Assembly (NCBI GenBank): GCA_000004985.1
Contig: GG738894.1
Origin: Naegleria gruberi
Lineage: Eukaryota
DNA length: 64,000 bases
Strand: one strand, 5' to 3'
The translations under genes and the position numbers were made by a program. Positions 43,760 to 56,107 of the stretch are shown here, piece by piece. The notes beneath the pieces were generated by a model. That model saw nothing but the letters and a program-made list of their open reading frames with translations, was not told the origin of the DNA and did no database searches. Every line of letters starts with the position of its first letter. Within the stretch, counting starts at the first letter, position 1.

Positions 43760-45106
43760 CTATTCGTCAGCTTCCTCTTCTTCTTCCTCTTCTTCTTCAT
43801 TGTCACTTCTCTTACGTTTGTACCCCATCGATTTGAGAGCTTGCTTTGCCTCTTCCTCTTCCTCCTCATTAACTTCCTCATCATCAATAAACGTATCATC
43901 CTCAGACCCATCTTCATCATCATAGTCATCATCAACATGACGGAAAGGAATCCATTCATCAGCATTTGACATAAATTCGTTTGCATTTTTTCCAAAGGCA
44001 ATTTGGAAGAATTGGTAAATCAAACCTTCCTTAATGGCTTGTGGAGGATGACTGGGAAATTCTTGTTTCAATATTCCTGAAATGTCAGAAGAGAAAACAA
44101 AGCTTTGAACCAAGTCAAGAAGGGTTCTAGATATTTCACATGTGAACTCAGTATCAAAATATCCATGTTGATTGGACCTCTTTGAATGTTTGAACGCTTC
44201 CTTTCCATAAACTGAAGCACTCTCAATATAAGTATTATTGCTTCTATAAGAATCCAACTTATCCTCAAAATTTGTTTCAATAAGGAGGGGATATCCACAG
44301 TTGAGGAAAACAACAACTGAATTTGTGAATGTCTTTTCTTCAGATTCGGTATCCTCTCTCGTTTCCAAAACATACACACCTTTCAATTTCTTATATAATT
44401 TAGGTACTAATACTGCTGGTATCTCATGACTTTCCGAGCCAACGTTGAAATAAATAGTGTCATTCTCATCTAGTAACGATTTGTACGACTCTTGAATTGA
44501 AATTCCTGTTTTAAGAAAACCAATCTTTTCTATTACAGATTCCAATAGTGAAACATCCTTACTCTTACTAAAATTGTCCATTAACCTAACAACCTTCTCC
44601 TTGACAATAATGTCATCACCATTTCCCTGACATTTGACAAAAAGTTTCAACACATCTCGTAGGTTTGTTGGTGGTCTTATGATTGTTTTATCCTCATCTT
44701 CATCATAATCTTTCTTTCTCTTCTTCTTCTTTTGCTTTCGTTCAGATCTCTCAGCTCCTTTTTCAACAAGTTTATCCTTCTCAACAAAAGCATTGATGGC
44801 CTTTTGCAAATCATCAACTTGATCCAATTCAAGATTTCTCATCAGAAAATCTCTGGTAAATCCATCAGAATTGAAAACATTGTTAAAAGTTTTGGAAATT
44901 AAAAACGGTTGAGTAATTGACCAATTGCAATGGTGTGTGAATTGCAAAATACGTAAACACACCAGTTCATCGAAACAAGCAGATACTTGTGAAGCCATTT
45001 TTTTCTGAAAATCTTTCCATGTTTTGTCGGAAATTGATTTTACAATCGCAAATTGTAACATTTCAATCTTGATTATCTTCATCCACAAATCAGATGATGT
45101 AGTCAA
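43760..45106 (-). CDS. Hypothetical protein with Lys-rich and acidic C-terminal tracts (448 aa)
   Basis: Long ORF with a C-terminal KKKKRKKDYDEDEDK … EEEEEEEEEADE tail. The overlapping minus-strand ORFs 43648..44001 and 44068..44379 are out-of-frame artefacts. Confidence 0.5.
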   Translation of the reverse strand: MTTSSDLWMKIIKIEMLQFAIVKSISDKTWKDFQKKMASQVSACFDELVCLRILQFTHHCNWSITQPFLISKTFNNVFNSDGFTRDFLMRNLELDQVDDLQKAINAFVEKDKLVEKGAERSERKQKKKKRKKDYDEDEDKTIIRPPTNLRDVLKLFVKCQGNGDDIIVKEKVVRLMDNFSKSKDVSLLESVIEKIGFLKTGISIQESYKSLLDENDTIYFNVGSESHEIPAVLVPKLYKKLKGVYVLETREDTESEEKTFTNSVVVFLNCGYPLLIETNFEDKLDSYRSNNTYIESASVYGKEAFKHSKRSNQHGYFDTEFTCEISRTLLDLVQSFVFSSDISGILKQEFPSHPPQAIKEGLIYQFFQIAFGKNANEFMSNADEWIPFRHVDDDYDDEDGSEDDTFIDDEEVNEEEEEEAKQALKSMGYKRKRSDNEEEEEEEEEADE

Positions 45107-45347
45107 GATAATTACAATGAATAATTTCCTTTGAATAAATTGTTAACAAAATTTATTAACAATTATGGCACCAAGAAATTTTGACCAAATCAGAACCATG
45201 TAATACTACTAACATTTTAATACCCCAATGGACAAATCGTTATTATCATTATTATGCAGCGATCGATCGATATCAGGAAAACTAGTATTTAATTTCTTAA
45301 ATAACAATTAAAAAATACAACAACTTGTTTTAATATTATTATTTAAA

Positions 45348-46051
45348 TTGATCATCATGAGTTTGGCAACCAAATCACTCGGAAAACTCTCAAGAAATAG
45401 AGCCATCTTCTTTTGTTGTGATGTACAAGAGAGATTTAGAAGTTTAATTCATAATTTTCCATCCGTACTCTATGTTAGTAGTACAATGAATCAGGCTAGT
45501 TCTATCATGGATATCCCATTTGTTTGTACTGAACAATATTCAAAGGCTTTCGGAAAAACTTGTCCTGAAGTTGGATTGCCAACCGATAAGCCAAATTATC
45601 ACTTGTTTGAAAAGAAGAAATTCTCAATGTTGACTGATGAAGTGAAGGAAGTAATGAAGAATAATCCAAATCGTGATCAAGTTGTATTATTTGGTATTGA
45701 AGCTCATGTTTGTGTTTTGCAAACTGCTTTGGATTTATTGGAAGCTAACAAGGAAGTTCACATTTTGGCTGGTAAGTAATTTCGAGAGGATATTCAATAT
45801 TAATAATGAGGAATTAATCTTGATATGAATTAATAATATGAATTATATAGATAGATGGTACTTCTTCCCAAAGAACATTTGACAGAAGTGTTGCTTTTGA
45901 AAGATTGAGACAATCTGGAGCTTTTATCACCTCGTGTGAATCAGCTCTTTTCCAAATGATGGGTGGAGCCGATTATGAAAAGTTTAAGGAAGTAAGCTCA
46001 TTGATGAATCCACAAAAAGCTCAATTACGTCCTTACCAAGGTGAATTCTAA
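45348..46051 (+). CDS. Isochorismatase-family hydrolase (ISOC2-like). Two exons (45348..45771 and 45855..46051).
   Basis: FFCCDVQERF…VLFGIEAHVCVLQTALDLL…VHILAG, then GTAAGT…ATAG, then DGTSSQRTFDRSVAFERLRQSGAFITSCESALFQMMG. This is collinear with ISOC2 ([27 protein letters not shown]). Confidence 0.7.
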
Positions 46052-46412
46052 TAATTCATTCACTAACTATTAGTAGCAAATTAAAAACAATTGTAAATAC
46101 ACAAATCTCTATCTTCCTCAATAGACATACTCTTCAAGTCCACACAATAGTCCAACTTTCCAATCATCAAGTATGAGCTCTCTCTATCCTTAACACCGCT
46201 TCACCTTTTCTATCACCGACACTAAAGATTTAGTAAAATTTAAGAGAACAAAAAAATAGGCGAAAAGCTGAGAGCTATCCACGCATTGTTTTTGCATCGT
46301 TTTTGCATCGTTTTGAAAAAAGAGAGTACTGCTAGTGTGTGGTTATTAAAGTTTACTAGGTGATTTTATAAATTGAACATAATAATCGAATACAATTGCA
46401 TCAATAATCGGA

Positions 46413-47351
46413 ATGAACAAGGAAAAGAGTTATAGTCATATTATTGCTGGTGGTGTATCGGGAGTTGCTGCTTCACTTGTTACCCAACCTTTGGACGTAT
46501 TAAAAACGAACTTGATTGGTGCTAGAGAAAAATTGAAGGTCTCTGATATAAATGCTAAGGGAAAACTTCAAGGATCAATTTCCTTCATCAAATCAATTTA
46601 CAATAAGGAGGTAAGTCTATTCCGAACATTTTTCAATATTGAAAATATGAAGGGTATAGTAGGATTATGGAGAGGAACAATTCCTACATTTTGGAGATAT
46701 TTACCAGGAGGTGCAATGTATTTTGGATCAATTCACTTCCTTAGAAATGGTCCACTGAATAAGAATAATGGTTTTCCTCAAACTGTCAATGATTTCTTAA
46801 TTGGTGCCATTTCTAAGAGTTCTGCCACCATTGCTACAATGCCAATACTGGTTGTTAAAACAAGATTTGAAAGTATACATGCTATGGAAAGTACAAAATC
46901 AAGAGGATTAATAAGTACAATTACAGAAATTCACAAACAACAAGGGATGAGAGGATTATTTACTGGTGTAGTACCAACACTGATTAGAGATATACCTTAT
47001 AGTGGACTTTTCTATGTATTCTATAGACAAACCAATGATTTTTTAACATGGTTCAAATTGGGATCTACTGATTCTAATCAATTAATTAGTATTGCAGCTG
47101 TTAGTTCAGTCATTGCTGGAGCAACTGCTACCTTAATTACACATCCATTCGATTTAGTTCGTACTAGAATGCAATTACCAAACCAAGGAGGATATAATGG
47201 ATTTATGGATGCATTAATAACAATTCCAAAAGAAGAAGGATTGAGAACACTCTTCTTTAGAGGAATAATTCCAAAAATTCTGAAAAGAGGTTTAGCCCAC
47301 GCTATTTCATGGTCTCTGTATGAATCGACAGTCAAAGTTGCCACCCAATAA
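46413..47351 (+). CDS. SLC25A38: Mitochondrial carrier family protein, SLC25A38/Hem25-like (glycine carrier). Probable 42-nt in-frame intron at 46611..46652.
   Basis: Three carrier repeats with QPLDVLKTNL, VVKTRFES and HPFDLVRTRMQL, plus RGLFTGVVPTLIRDIPYSGLFY, which resembles SLC25A38. GTAAGT(46611)…GAAG(46652) is stop-free and a multiple of 3. Removing it restores the …SIYNKE-GIVGLWRGTIP carrier motif. Confidence 0.75.
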   Translation: MNKEKSYSHIIAGGVSGVAASLVTQPLDVLKTNLIGAREKLKVSDINAKGKLQGSISFIKSIYNKEVSLFRTFFNIENMKGIVGLWRGTIPTFWRYLPGGAMYFGSIHFLRNGPLNKNNGFPQTVNDFLIGAISKSSATIATMPILVVKTRFESIHAMESTKSRGLISTITEIHKQQGMRGLFTGVVPTLIRDIPYSGLFYVFYRQTNDFLTWFKLGSTDSNQLISIAAVSSVIAGATATLITHPFDLVRTRMQLPNQGGYNGFMDALITIPKEEGLRTLFFRGIIPKILKRGLAHAISWSLYESTVKVATQ

Positions 47352-47622
47352 TTATATGAATAATAATCCGTACTTGTAAATAATTATAATAATCGAGAAT
47401 TAACCTTTTTTCAATTAAATGAAATTTATTTGATTTTCACACTATACTCATTCAACATTTTCAACAGTTCAAACACAATTTTAAATCTGAAAGCTCAGAA
47501 AGGTCCATCAACCAAGATCTATTAAATTGGTTTGAGGAAAAAAGTTTTTTTTAGATTTTTCAAAAAGAATTAAAAAAATACAAGCAAGCGTCACCTTTAT
47601 TTCATCACCATTAAAACAAAAA

Positions 47623-48528
47623 ATGGAATTTAGATTACTTTCACCGGAATTGTCTCTCTCATCACGTGCTGAAGATTATGAAGCTGATGAAGAGGAAAAT
47701 CTTGAATTACCATCAAGTCCTCTTTTTGAAATTACGGAACAAGGAGTTGGAGTTTTGGATCATGATGATTTTTCAAAGAATGAATTTGATGTTTGTTTGA
47801 TTGGTGTTTTTGGAGCCGGAAGTCAATTTGTGAAAGGAGCTTTAGTGGAAAGAGTTGATGAATTAAAGCTTGTTCATGTTGCTTCTATCAGAAGTCAAGA
47901 AGATGCTCATACATCAAAGAAAGTGAAACGATCAAAGGATGAAATTGTAGATAAATTGTATTTGTACTCTGATCATGGAATGAAGGTTTTGATCATTGAT
48001 AGTGGAAGTGTAATTGAACAAAAACATAATGCCCAATATTGTACTGTATCAGAAAATCATCAAAAGGCCTATACAACCTATTTGTATTCTCAACTTTTGA
48101 TTGAAAAGGTTAAAGCAAAGAGATTTGTCATTCTTGATAGTATTTTGGCCAGCTCATTTACTATTGCTGATAGAAGAAATGCTAGACCACCACTTTTGAG
48201 ATGTTTGAGAACAACAGCTGACAGAAAATTAACATCACTCTTTTTACCACCAAATTTGGAATCACCAAACTTGATGACTGGTCTTTCTGGTACCATTTTC
48301 TCAATGCTTGAAAATCGAGGATTGAATGGTGTTTTACTTTGTTCATTGGAAGAAAATCACGGTTTAGAACAAGTAACTATGAAAGCTTTTGAAACACCAG
48401 TGTTTGCCTTATTAGTTAAAGAACATTCCTCAACAATGCAAGTTCCACTGTCTCCTCTCTCTCCAAACTCATTGGTAAAATACAAAACACACAAGTCAAG
48501 TGTTGAACATCAATCACTCTACTTGTAA
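47623..48528 (+). CDS. Hypothetical protein (301 aa)
   Basis: Intron-free ORF. No confident family assignment. Confidence 0.45.
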   Translation: MEFRLLSPELSLSSRAEDYEADEEENLELPSSPLFEITEQGVGVLDHDDFSKNEFDVCLIGVFGAGSQFVKGALVERVDELKLVHVASIRSQEDAHTSKKVKRSKDEIVDKLYLYSDHGMKVLIIDSGSVIEQKHNAQYCTVSENHQKAYTTYLYSQLLIEKVKAKRFVILDSILASSFTIADRRNARPPLLRCLRTTADRKLTSLFLPPNLESPNLMTGLSGTIFSMLENRGLNGVLLCSLEENHGLEQVTMKAFETPVFALLVKEHSSTMQVPLSPLSPNSLVKYKTHKSSVEHQSLYL

Positions 48529-48569
48529 TATTTACCTTAGAAATCTTGTAATAAATAAGATCAAAATAT

Positions 48570-49742
48570 TTATTCATAAATTGGAACATAGTCATTAATA
48601 CGGCTCTTCATGTTTTGTGAGATACATTCACAAATCCACAATAAGTTATTAATTTCTTGTTCTCTCAATTTAACAAATGAATAGAAAGAGGCATAATGGA
48701 ATTGTTGTTCGAATGAGGACTTGTTCAATTCAACAGCTCTCTTCTTCAAGAGAGATTCCAAGCTAGTTTGTTTTGTAACACTTTGCAAAGTTTCATAGAA
48801 ATATGGATATGGTTTCAGAATTTCGAGCATTGCTGAGTCATCATCAACTTCAGCCAATTTGTCTTGAACATCATAGAGTTCTCCAAAGTTTGGATACAAC
48901 TTCTTTCTTTCATCCTTTGGCAATTTGTTAGCAGATTCTTCTCTAACAGCATATGATTGTCTAGTAATTGTTAAAACAGCACGATCTGCTTCAAATTCCA
49001 AAAGTGGACACATAACTTCAGCAGTGGTTCCACCAATTGATTGACAAAAGTCATAGAAAGATTCCAAATAATTCTTTTGAAGTAATCCACGCAAATAGTC
49101 AGTAGAATATTCATCAAAGTCACGTGTTTCAGTCTTTGAGAAGAATTTACCAATTGGACTATCGATCAAAACCAATTCGTACATATCTTCAATTGATGTA
49201 GCAGCAGTGATAGCACCAAGAGATTCGAACATTCCCAAAGGATGACACTTGTACAAAATATCCAAAGCACCCTTTCCGTTTCTAACAGCAGAAACTAACT
49301 TTAAAACGTTGAGAATCATATAATCATAAATAATATAATCCAAGAATTGAGAAAGTGGAGGAACAGCTTGGAAACGGAATTCATTGAATTCTCTAACAAG
49401 CTTTTCGGTGGCCTTTTCAACAATAATAGTAGCAGTAAGACCGGCTTCATTTTGAAGGAAACTACCATAGTCAGTACCCGACAAGTGGAGTTTAATATCT
49501 ATTTTAAATATTCATCATCATCAATTATTATTATAATAACAAATACACGTTAATAATTCATCATCAAATTTTCCATCATCAAAAGATTTTTTTACTATTT
49601 AGAGGGGAGGTTATCGTCAAGACTTACCTTCCAAACTATCGCATTGAACCAAGTTGTTATAGTCTGATTGTCTGAGAATACCGTCTCTACAGCCTTGAAT
49701 AACACCTTCAAGGAAACCGTCGTCAATGTTGAATGTGAGCAT
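48570..49742 (-). CDS. ATP6V0D: V-type proton ATPase V0 subunit d. Two exons (49628..49742 and 48570..49498).
   Basis: Exon 1 [39 protein letters not shown], then GTAAGT…AAATAG, then [20 protein letters not shown]…CHPLGMFE…[29 protein letters not shown]…[16 protein letters not shown]. Collinear and about 50% identical to human ATP6V0D1. Confidence 0.85.
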
Positions 49743-49963
49743 TTTTATTGTTGTTGGGTTATAAAAATATTTTAAAAAAATCAAATTTTTAATTTTGGCC
49801 TTCTTTACAAAAATAAACACGGAGAAGAACGGAGTGTGTTTTCCTCTTCCGAAAGTCATATTGTTGGAATCGATTGTTGGAAGGTTATTGGATTTGAGCA
49901 GTGTTGTTCTCTATTAACTATGACAAATATTCAAGAATTCTATTTGCCTCAATAACAGTAAAA

Positions 49964-52900
49964 TTACTCATTGTTTTGAGAGTGAGCAATGTAATAGTCT
50001 AAACTTTCCAATAATCCACCATTTTCTGGTTTACCTTTCCCTGATAGTTCACGTGCTTTAACAGTTCTAGAAAGTAAGAGATGGAAAAAGTTTCCTCTGT
50101 CTCTTGTCATGTTGGCATAAAAATCAGAACCAAGGAATCCTCCAAAATCAGTGACAACTTGGTATGTGTATTTACTACGAGTGTCATTGATTCTTTCTAC
50201 GATAAACAGAGATTTGATCTTGGCTCTTACTTGTTTGGAATTTTCTGGACATTTTGGATGAGCTACTGATTTTTGGAGGCAAATATATGTGTTAGTATTA
50301 GGTCTGTATGTGCAACACATGGCTGTGAGGAAATCACGATTTGAGTTTGGCCAAGCCATTGAATAAATATCACTAAAATTATTAATATTAATTTGAAAAT
50401 ATTCATAATTAAACTTACTGGTAAATGACACTGTAGAAATGTCTACTTGAGGCAGTGTCAATTTGCTTGGATGTTAAAATGGTTGGATCTCTCATGCACA
50501 AATATTCAGGATCTATCCACATGTTGAAAACAGAATGATTGGAATATTCCAAGTGTCCAGTGAATTTCACAGCAGTATATTTCTTCTTGCTATCCAAGTG
50601 AATGTGAGCACCCTTTGGACTAATATACACCTTTCCCAGAGTTTGATCAGATTCTAATTGTGACCATCCAACAAATTCCATAGACTGATCAATGGCCGTA
50701 TCAAAATCGCTATTGATAAATAGGTGATCAGTTGGATCCAATAGAACATCTCCACACTTGCTACAGGTTTTTCTATTTCTGAGCTCATTTTCTTGTTCTT
50801 CCTGTAGAGTTTCCTCAAAGAGATTGAGTGGATTTGAGTCGGATTTTTCTTGTTCCTGTGGAGTTGACTCACGTTTTAGGAATCTCAGATAGAAAGTAGG
50901 ATCTGACTTGGATTTGTTCTCGACCCATTTCTTGAAAACTTTGGAAGCAACAAACTTTGGGAAGAGAGTTTGTCTCATCTCATCCAAAGCAAGATCCAAA
51001 CTAGTCTCAAAGAGATAGGCAGGGCAAAATATCTTTGAGTATTCTTTCCACTTGGTAATGAATTCTTCCTTCTTTGGTTTGAGGAATTTGACTTTAGAAT
51101 TATCTGAAAAGTATTGTTGAACAATCTTTTCTGCCATTTCATATCGTTGAGAAGTTGTTGGTACGAGTTGATATTCCATTACAGTTTCAAAGAATGTTAT
51201 TGTGTCCTGTTGATTGGTGGTTGCCAGATAATCTTTCATTCTACTAATGAACGAGAAATCTTGAAGTAAAGTTTCAAAATGATAGGATCCTGGTTTGTAG
51301 AATTCGCCTTCCGTTAAATTTTTCAGAGTGTCATCCTCTTGTTTCAATTCCTGACCAAAGAGTTGTACCAAGTATTGAATTGATTGACCTTCAGCATTTT
51401 GTAAATCTAAATATTTAGAAAGAGGGAATAATATTCTGGCTGATTTGAAATTGCCTTGTTTCAATGCAACATGGAGTGGTGTATCCCAGTCTGAATTCTG
51501 GAAGAAGGCACAATCTGGATTGACAAACAAAAGTACAAATGTTAGCTCTGGATGATTGTGTGCTACTGCTACATGGAGAGGAGTATTTCCTTCTCTATTT
51601 TGTGAAGAGCTGAGTCTTCTTACAATTTCCTCTGGGAGGACACTCAAAATCTCACCCACTGAATCAATATATCCAAATTCTGCACAAATATGGAGACAGT
51701 TATTCTTATTTTCATCTTCAATTTCTATTGCCTTGAGTTTGTAATTGTTGGCATCGAAAATTTCTGTATTCACCTTCTTATCGGTCAGGTCCATCAATAT
51801 TTGATTCAGAATGGCTGGGTGTTGTAAAGCAAGAAATATTGGAGTTTCTCCTCTCGAGTTTGGAATTGTCAAATCACACATACATCTCTTTACAAGGAAG
51901 TGCACACTTGTAATTAAATCCTTCTTGATGGCAATGTGGATTGGTGTATTCTTCTCTGGGCCGACTTGAGTATTGACATTGGCCTTACCATCAGCAAATA
52001 AAACAGTAGCAGCTTGGAAATTTTGTGATTCCATGCAAAGGTAGAATGGAGAATTGTCTTCATTGTCCTGCAAATTAACGTTTGCACCCTCTCCAATTAA
52101 ATATTGAAGAATGGCTGCAGTTCTATGTGGACTCACATTACAAGCATAAAACACTGCAGTTCTACCTCTCTTGTCTCTAAATTCCAAATCGGCCCCAAAC
52201 TCCTCACAGAGAAGACGAATAATTTTGATATTTTCATGAGCTACGGCTGTCATTAGGAGAGTTCTTCCTGTTTGCTCTGAAATAAATTCAGAGTCAATGT
52301 CAAACTTTCCACTAATTGTGGTTTCCTGTTGTTGTGACTGCTTCTTTGGTTCTATGTTGGTCGAGCTGACTGCTCCATTCTGTAATTCATTGGTTGTCTG
52401 ATTGGTACTATTGACACTATTAGTGCTACTACCACTATTGGTCCTAGAGTGTTCTGGAGATGTTTTTTCATGATTGTTTCCCGTTCCATTTGTTGATTGA
52501 TTCGAATCTTCATTAGAAACTTTCTTCTTTTCCTCTCTCAGTATTTTTTCCAACTTTTCCACTTGATGTTCAGAAATCAATCGATGCAACATTGTAATTA
52601 ATTCATGTTTTGGATCATTATTAACAGGAGTAACATTGACCACAACTTGTTGGGTTGATGTAACAATTGACTGAGCTGGTGGATTTTTATCCTTCTTTCT
52701 ATTCGTAACTCCTCCATTAGTATTAACACCAACTGTACTACTTGTAGTGCTTGATGTACTACTTCTCTTATTGGACTGAATAGCAAGTGAAAGAGTTGAA
52801 AATGGTAATACAGTACTACTTGTAGTTGGACCCGAGCAAATAATGAGAGAATCTCTAATCTTTCTTCCGGAAGATGTAATTCCCAAATCATAGGGATCTA

Positions 52901-53615
52901 TCTGTGAATGAGGAAAGACATTCTCCTCTGTGGTACTTCTCGTACTTATATCACTCATACTATTGTGAGGATTTGAATGATTAGAACTTTCCTGATTTTC
53001 ATGATTAGAAGCCACCTGATTGAGAAGACTAATTTCGGAGGGTGGAGTTGGCAAGGATGAAGTAATAACGAGTGGTTTCCTCGTGCTAGTTGTATTGGAT
53101 GTTAGGGCTGTTGATGATGATGCAATTGTTGCTGATGATGAATTATTGTTATTATTAATTTCATCATTTTGTGATGATGAAAGTGTTGATGATGATGATG
53201 ATATTGGATAGACAACACCCAATTCCGTGACAATCGATGAGGAAGAGGATGAATTGGACGATGATTGGTGTTCTATTAAATTATTCCCATTCATATCTTC
53301 CAATGAAGTTGAAACACTTTGATAGAGAACAGCTGCTGATACGTCCTTTATAGTTCTATTGATTATTGTTGTTGGTGTTGTTGTTGTTGTTGTTGGAATG
53401 GAAGAAGATTCTGAATTATCATCATGATGTTGTGAACAATCAAGTTTTTTCATAGCGTCAACATGATGATGATTAGGTGATAAGGAAGAAGATTCGCCTC
53501 CTTTACTACTCGAGGAATCGTCAGGAATAGCAGACGAAATATTGCCTTCTGTGCCGCTGCAGCTTGTCAATGATGACGTTGGCATTGATGTTATCAGAGA
53601 ATCATCATTACTCAT
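49964..53615 (-). CDS. Ankyrin-repeat, RGS and START (StAR-related lipid transfer) multidomain protein. Two exons (50419..53615 and 49964..50372).
   Basis: Ser/Thr/Asn-rich N-terminus. About 10 ANK repeats (GRTLLMTAVAHEN…TPLHVAVAHNH…TPLHVALKQGN). An RGS box (…FETLLQDFSFISRMKDYLATTNQQDTITFFETVMEYQ…). A START domain that spans a GTAAGT…TTTTAG intron (…MWIDPEYLCMRD…-HDIYSMAWPNSNRDFLTAMCCTYR…VTDFGGFLGSDFYAN). Confidence 0.7.
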
Positions 53616-53998
53616 TTTTTAATATTATGAAGAGGTATTTCCACTTTGTTATTATCCCACCCTTCGATTTTTGACAATTGAAAGATGTAATGATAGTTGG
53701 AAGTTTGTTTGTTGAAGCAAGTTTAGTTTCGAATAGATTTGTTTCTTTGTTTCTTTGACAAGGTTTATTCTTGATTGTTTTTATGGAGAAATGATTAGTT
53801 TTAAAAGATGTTCCTCAAAGTAAGTGAGTGTATAATAATTTGTAAAGATTCAGTGTAATACTTTACAAAACTTGTCATTCCGTTCAATATTCTCAAAAGA
53901 GATGTGAATAACAGTTAAATTGGCCTCTTTTGTTTCCAAGATTTCAATTGTCACAAAAGGCGCCGTTACAAACCGTTACACAAATTTTTGAATTTAAA

Positions 53999-55360
53999 AT
54001 GAAAATCTGCCAGCTATCATTCTCATCAACAAACAACAAAAAAATGTCTAACAAGCTTTTTGGATCCAAACAACAACACTCCTCTCCACCACCAGCATTC
54101 TACTACAATCCAAACTCTGAGAATATTCCTCCATCCAATGTTCTCACCAGTCCACGTAAGAATGCCAATACTCCACAAAAAGTTTCCACACCAAGAAAAA
54201 TGTTGGCCAACATGAAAGCTAAAGTTCTCCGTAAGCCATTCACTGCTACCGAAGAAGAGAATTATCAAAATGATGCTACTAGCACTTCATCATCTGGTTC
54301 AGCTGAAGAACAAGTTCCAGTCACTCCACAAAGAAGAAACACTTGTGAAGATGAAATTGTTTCAATGGATGAAGCTTTGGCTAAACGTTCACCAGAGGCC
54401 ATTCCAATTTCTATGGATGATTCCTCACACAAGATTGTCCAAGTTGAAAAGAAGCTTTTGAAGAAGGCCTCTGCAGCTCAATTGGAAATCTCCTCTGATG
54501 ATGTCAATTTGGAAGAAGTCCACAAGGATCTTGTCAACATGTCTGAACAATTAAGTGCCTGTGTTTTCGATAAGCAATTCAGTGATTTTGTTATTCAATG
54601 TGGTCCAGGTAATGCTACCAAGTATTACGTTCATCGTTTCATTCTCTCAAGCCGTTCAGCATACTTCCGTGCCTTGTTGAGCTCAACTGCCTCAGTTACA
54701 GGTGATATCCAATCTAATAAGCAACGTTACACTTGGGAACGTGAAGATATTCATCCAGAAATCTTTGGAAGAGTTTTGGAATACATGTACACTGGTCAAA
54801 TCAAATTGAGATTGGACAATGTTTTGGATGTCTTTGTACAATCTGAAGAATTTGGCATTCCATGTTTGAAGAAGTTGTGTGAAAATTACTTGATCGCCCA
54901 TGGTGACTATGAAAATATGGCTCAATTGTTGGAAATGGCCATTGAAAATAAGGCTCAAGAGTTGGTCAAGCACTGTTACAAGTACATTGACGAACATATT
55001 AAGAGAGTTCTCAAGTCTGAAACTATTAAGAATGTCAAGACATCAACCATTATCCAAATCATTTCTCGTGATTCGCTCCAATTGGAACCTTTGGAAGAAG
55101 TTTTGGTCTTTGAAGCTGTTCAAAAATGGGCTGAATTGAGAAAGCATTTGCCATTCGAAACTCCAAATATTTCAAAGATTATTGAACACGTTAGATATCC
55201 ATTGATGAGTTCTGAACAATTGGCCAACGTTGTTGAACCAACTCAACTTGTTCCTCAACATCCATTGTTATTCGAAGCTTACAAGTATCACTTGGTTAAG
55301 GATAAGAGCTCTAATCAAGCTCCAAGATTCAGAGCTAGAGCTGGTGCCTCTTCTCAATAG
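53999..55360 (+). CDS. BTB/POZ (plus BACK-like) domain protein
   Basis: BTB domain FSDFVIQCGPGNATKYYVHRFILSSRSAYFRALL…IHPEIFGRVLEYMYTGQIKL. Start is ATG 53999 or 54044. The ORF-track start at 53930 is TTG. Confidence 0.65.
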   Translation: MKICQLSFSSTNNKKMSNKLFGSKQQHSSPPPAFYYNPNSENIPPSNVLTSPRKNANTPQKVSTPRKMLANMKAKVLRKPFTATEEENYQNDATSTSSSGSAEEQVPVTPQRRNTCEDEIVSMDEALAKRSPEAIPISMDDSSHKIVQVEKKLLKKASAAQLEISSDDVNLEEVHKDLVNMSEQLSACVFDKQFSDFVIQCGPGNATKYYVHRFILSSRSAYFRALLSSTASVTGDIQSNKQRYTWEREDIHPEIFGRVLEYMYTGQIKLRLDNVLDVFVQSEEFGIPCLKKLCENYLIAHGDYENMAQLLEMAIENKAQELVKHCYKYIDEHIKRVLKSETIKNVKTSTIIQIISRDSLQLEPLEEVLVFEAVQKWAELRKHLPFETPNISKIIEHVRYPLMSSEQLANVVEPTQLVPQHPLLFEAYKYHLVKDKSSNQAPRFRARAGASSQ

Positions 55361-56107
55361 ATATTTTCGTAAGATTCCAATTTTACCTACACTCAAATAA
55401 TTGAACATCTCCAAATGGAGGAGATGTTTGTAAATAGATCATTCATGATCATCACCATCAAATTATTACATCTAGGAAACAAGATGGCACTTGGCAATTA
55501 ATCTTGTCAATTTCCAATCTTTAATAAATCTCTCTAGGAATTACAAATTAAATCAATATTTGCTTCTTCTTTCAATGAAATGCATACACATATGGTGAAT
55601 CATCATGTTGCACCACATTGTTTCACATTCTCCAATTTTGTAGTTATTCAAAGAAGAAACAACTGTAGTTTGTTGATCCTTCAAATATTTTTGTAAAATG
55701 TAGTGTTCACTTCATCCTTTCCAAACTATGACCAATATTGATTGGAATGATGATTAATTCTCCCTTTAAACAATAGTGATAAACTCGAATGTCAGCACAT
55801 CTCTCCACTATTAGTTGTATTGAGAAGGTATTTGCTTTATCTAACACAATGATGACAATGATGACGAAGGTCCTTACATTTGAAGTAATATTTGAAAATT
55901 CAATAATTCGTCGTCTGTTATTATTGAAGAAGGCTTGCAAATGGCCACCTCAAAAAAGACGCGAAAATTTTCATATCATCATAACGGTAATTTTTCATTG
56001 AAGGGTTGTAGGGAAGGTTTTGGTAAAATTCAATGCATTGATAACGTGCTTTGTTAGCCAACCCAATAAAAAAATTTAAAAAAAAAATATTTTACATCAT
56101 AACACAA

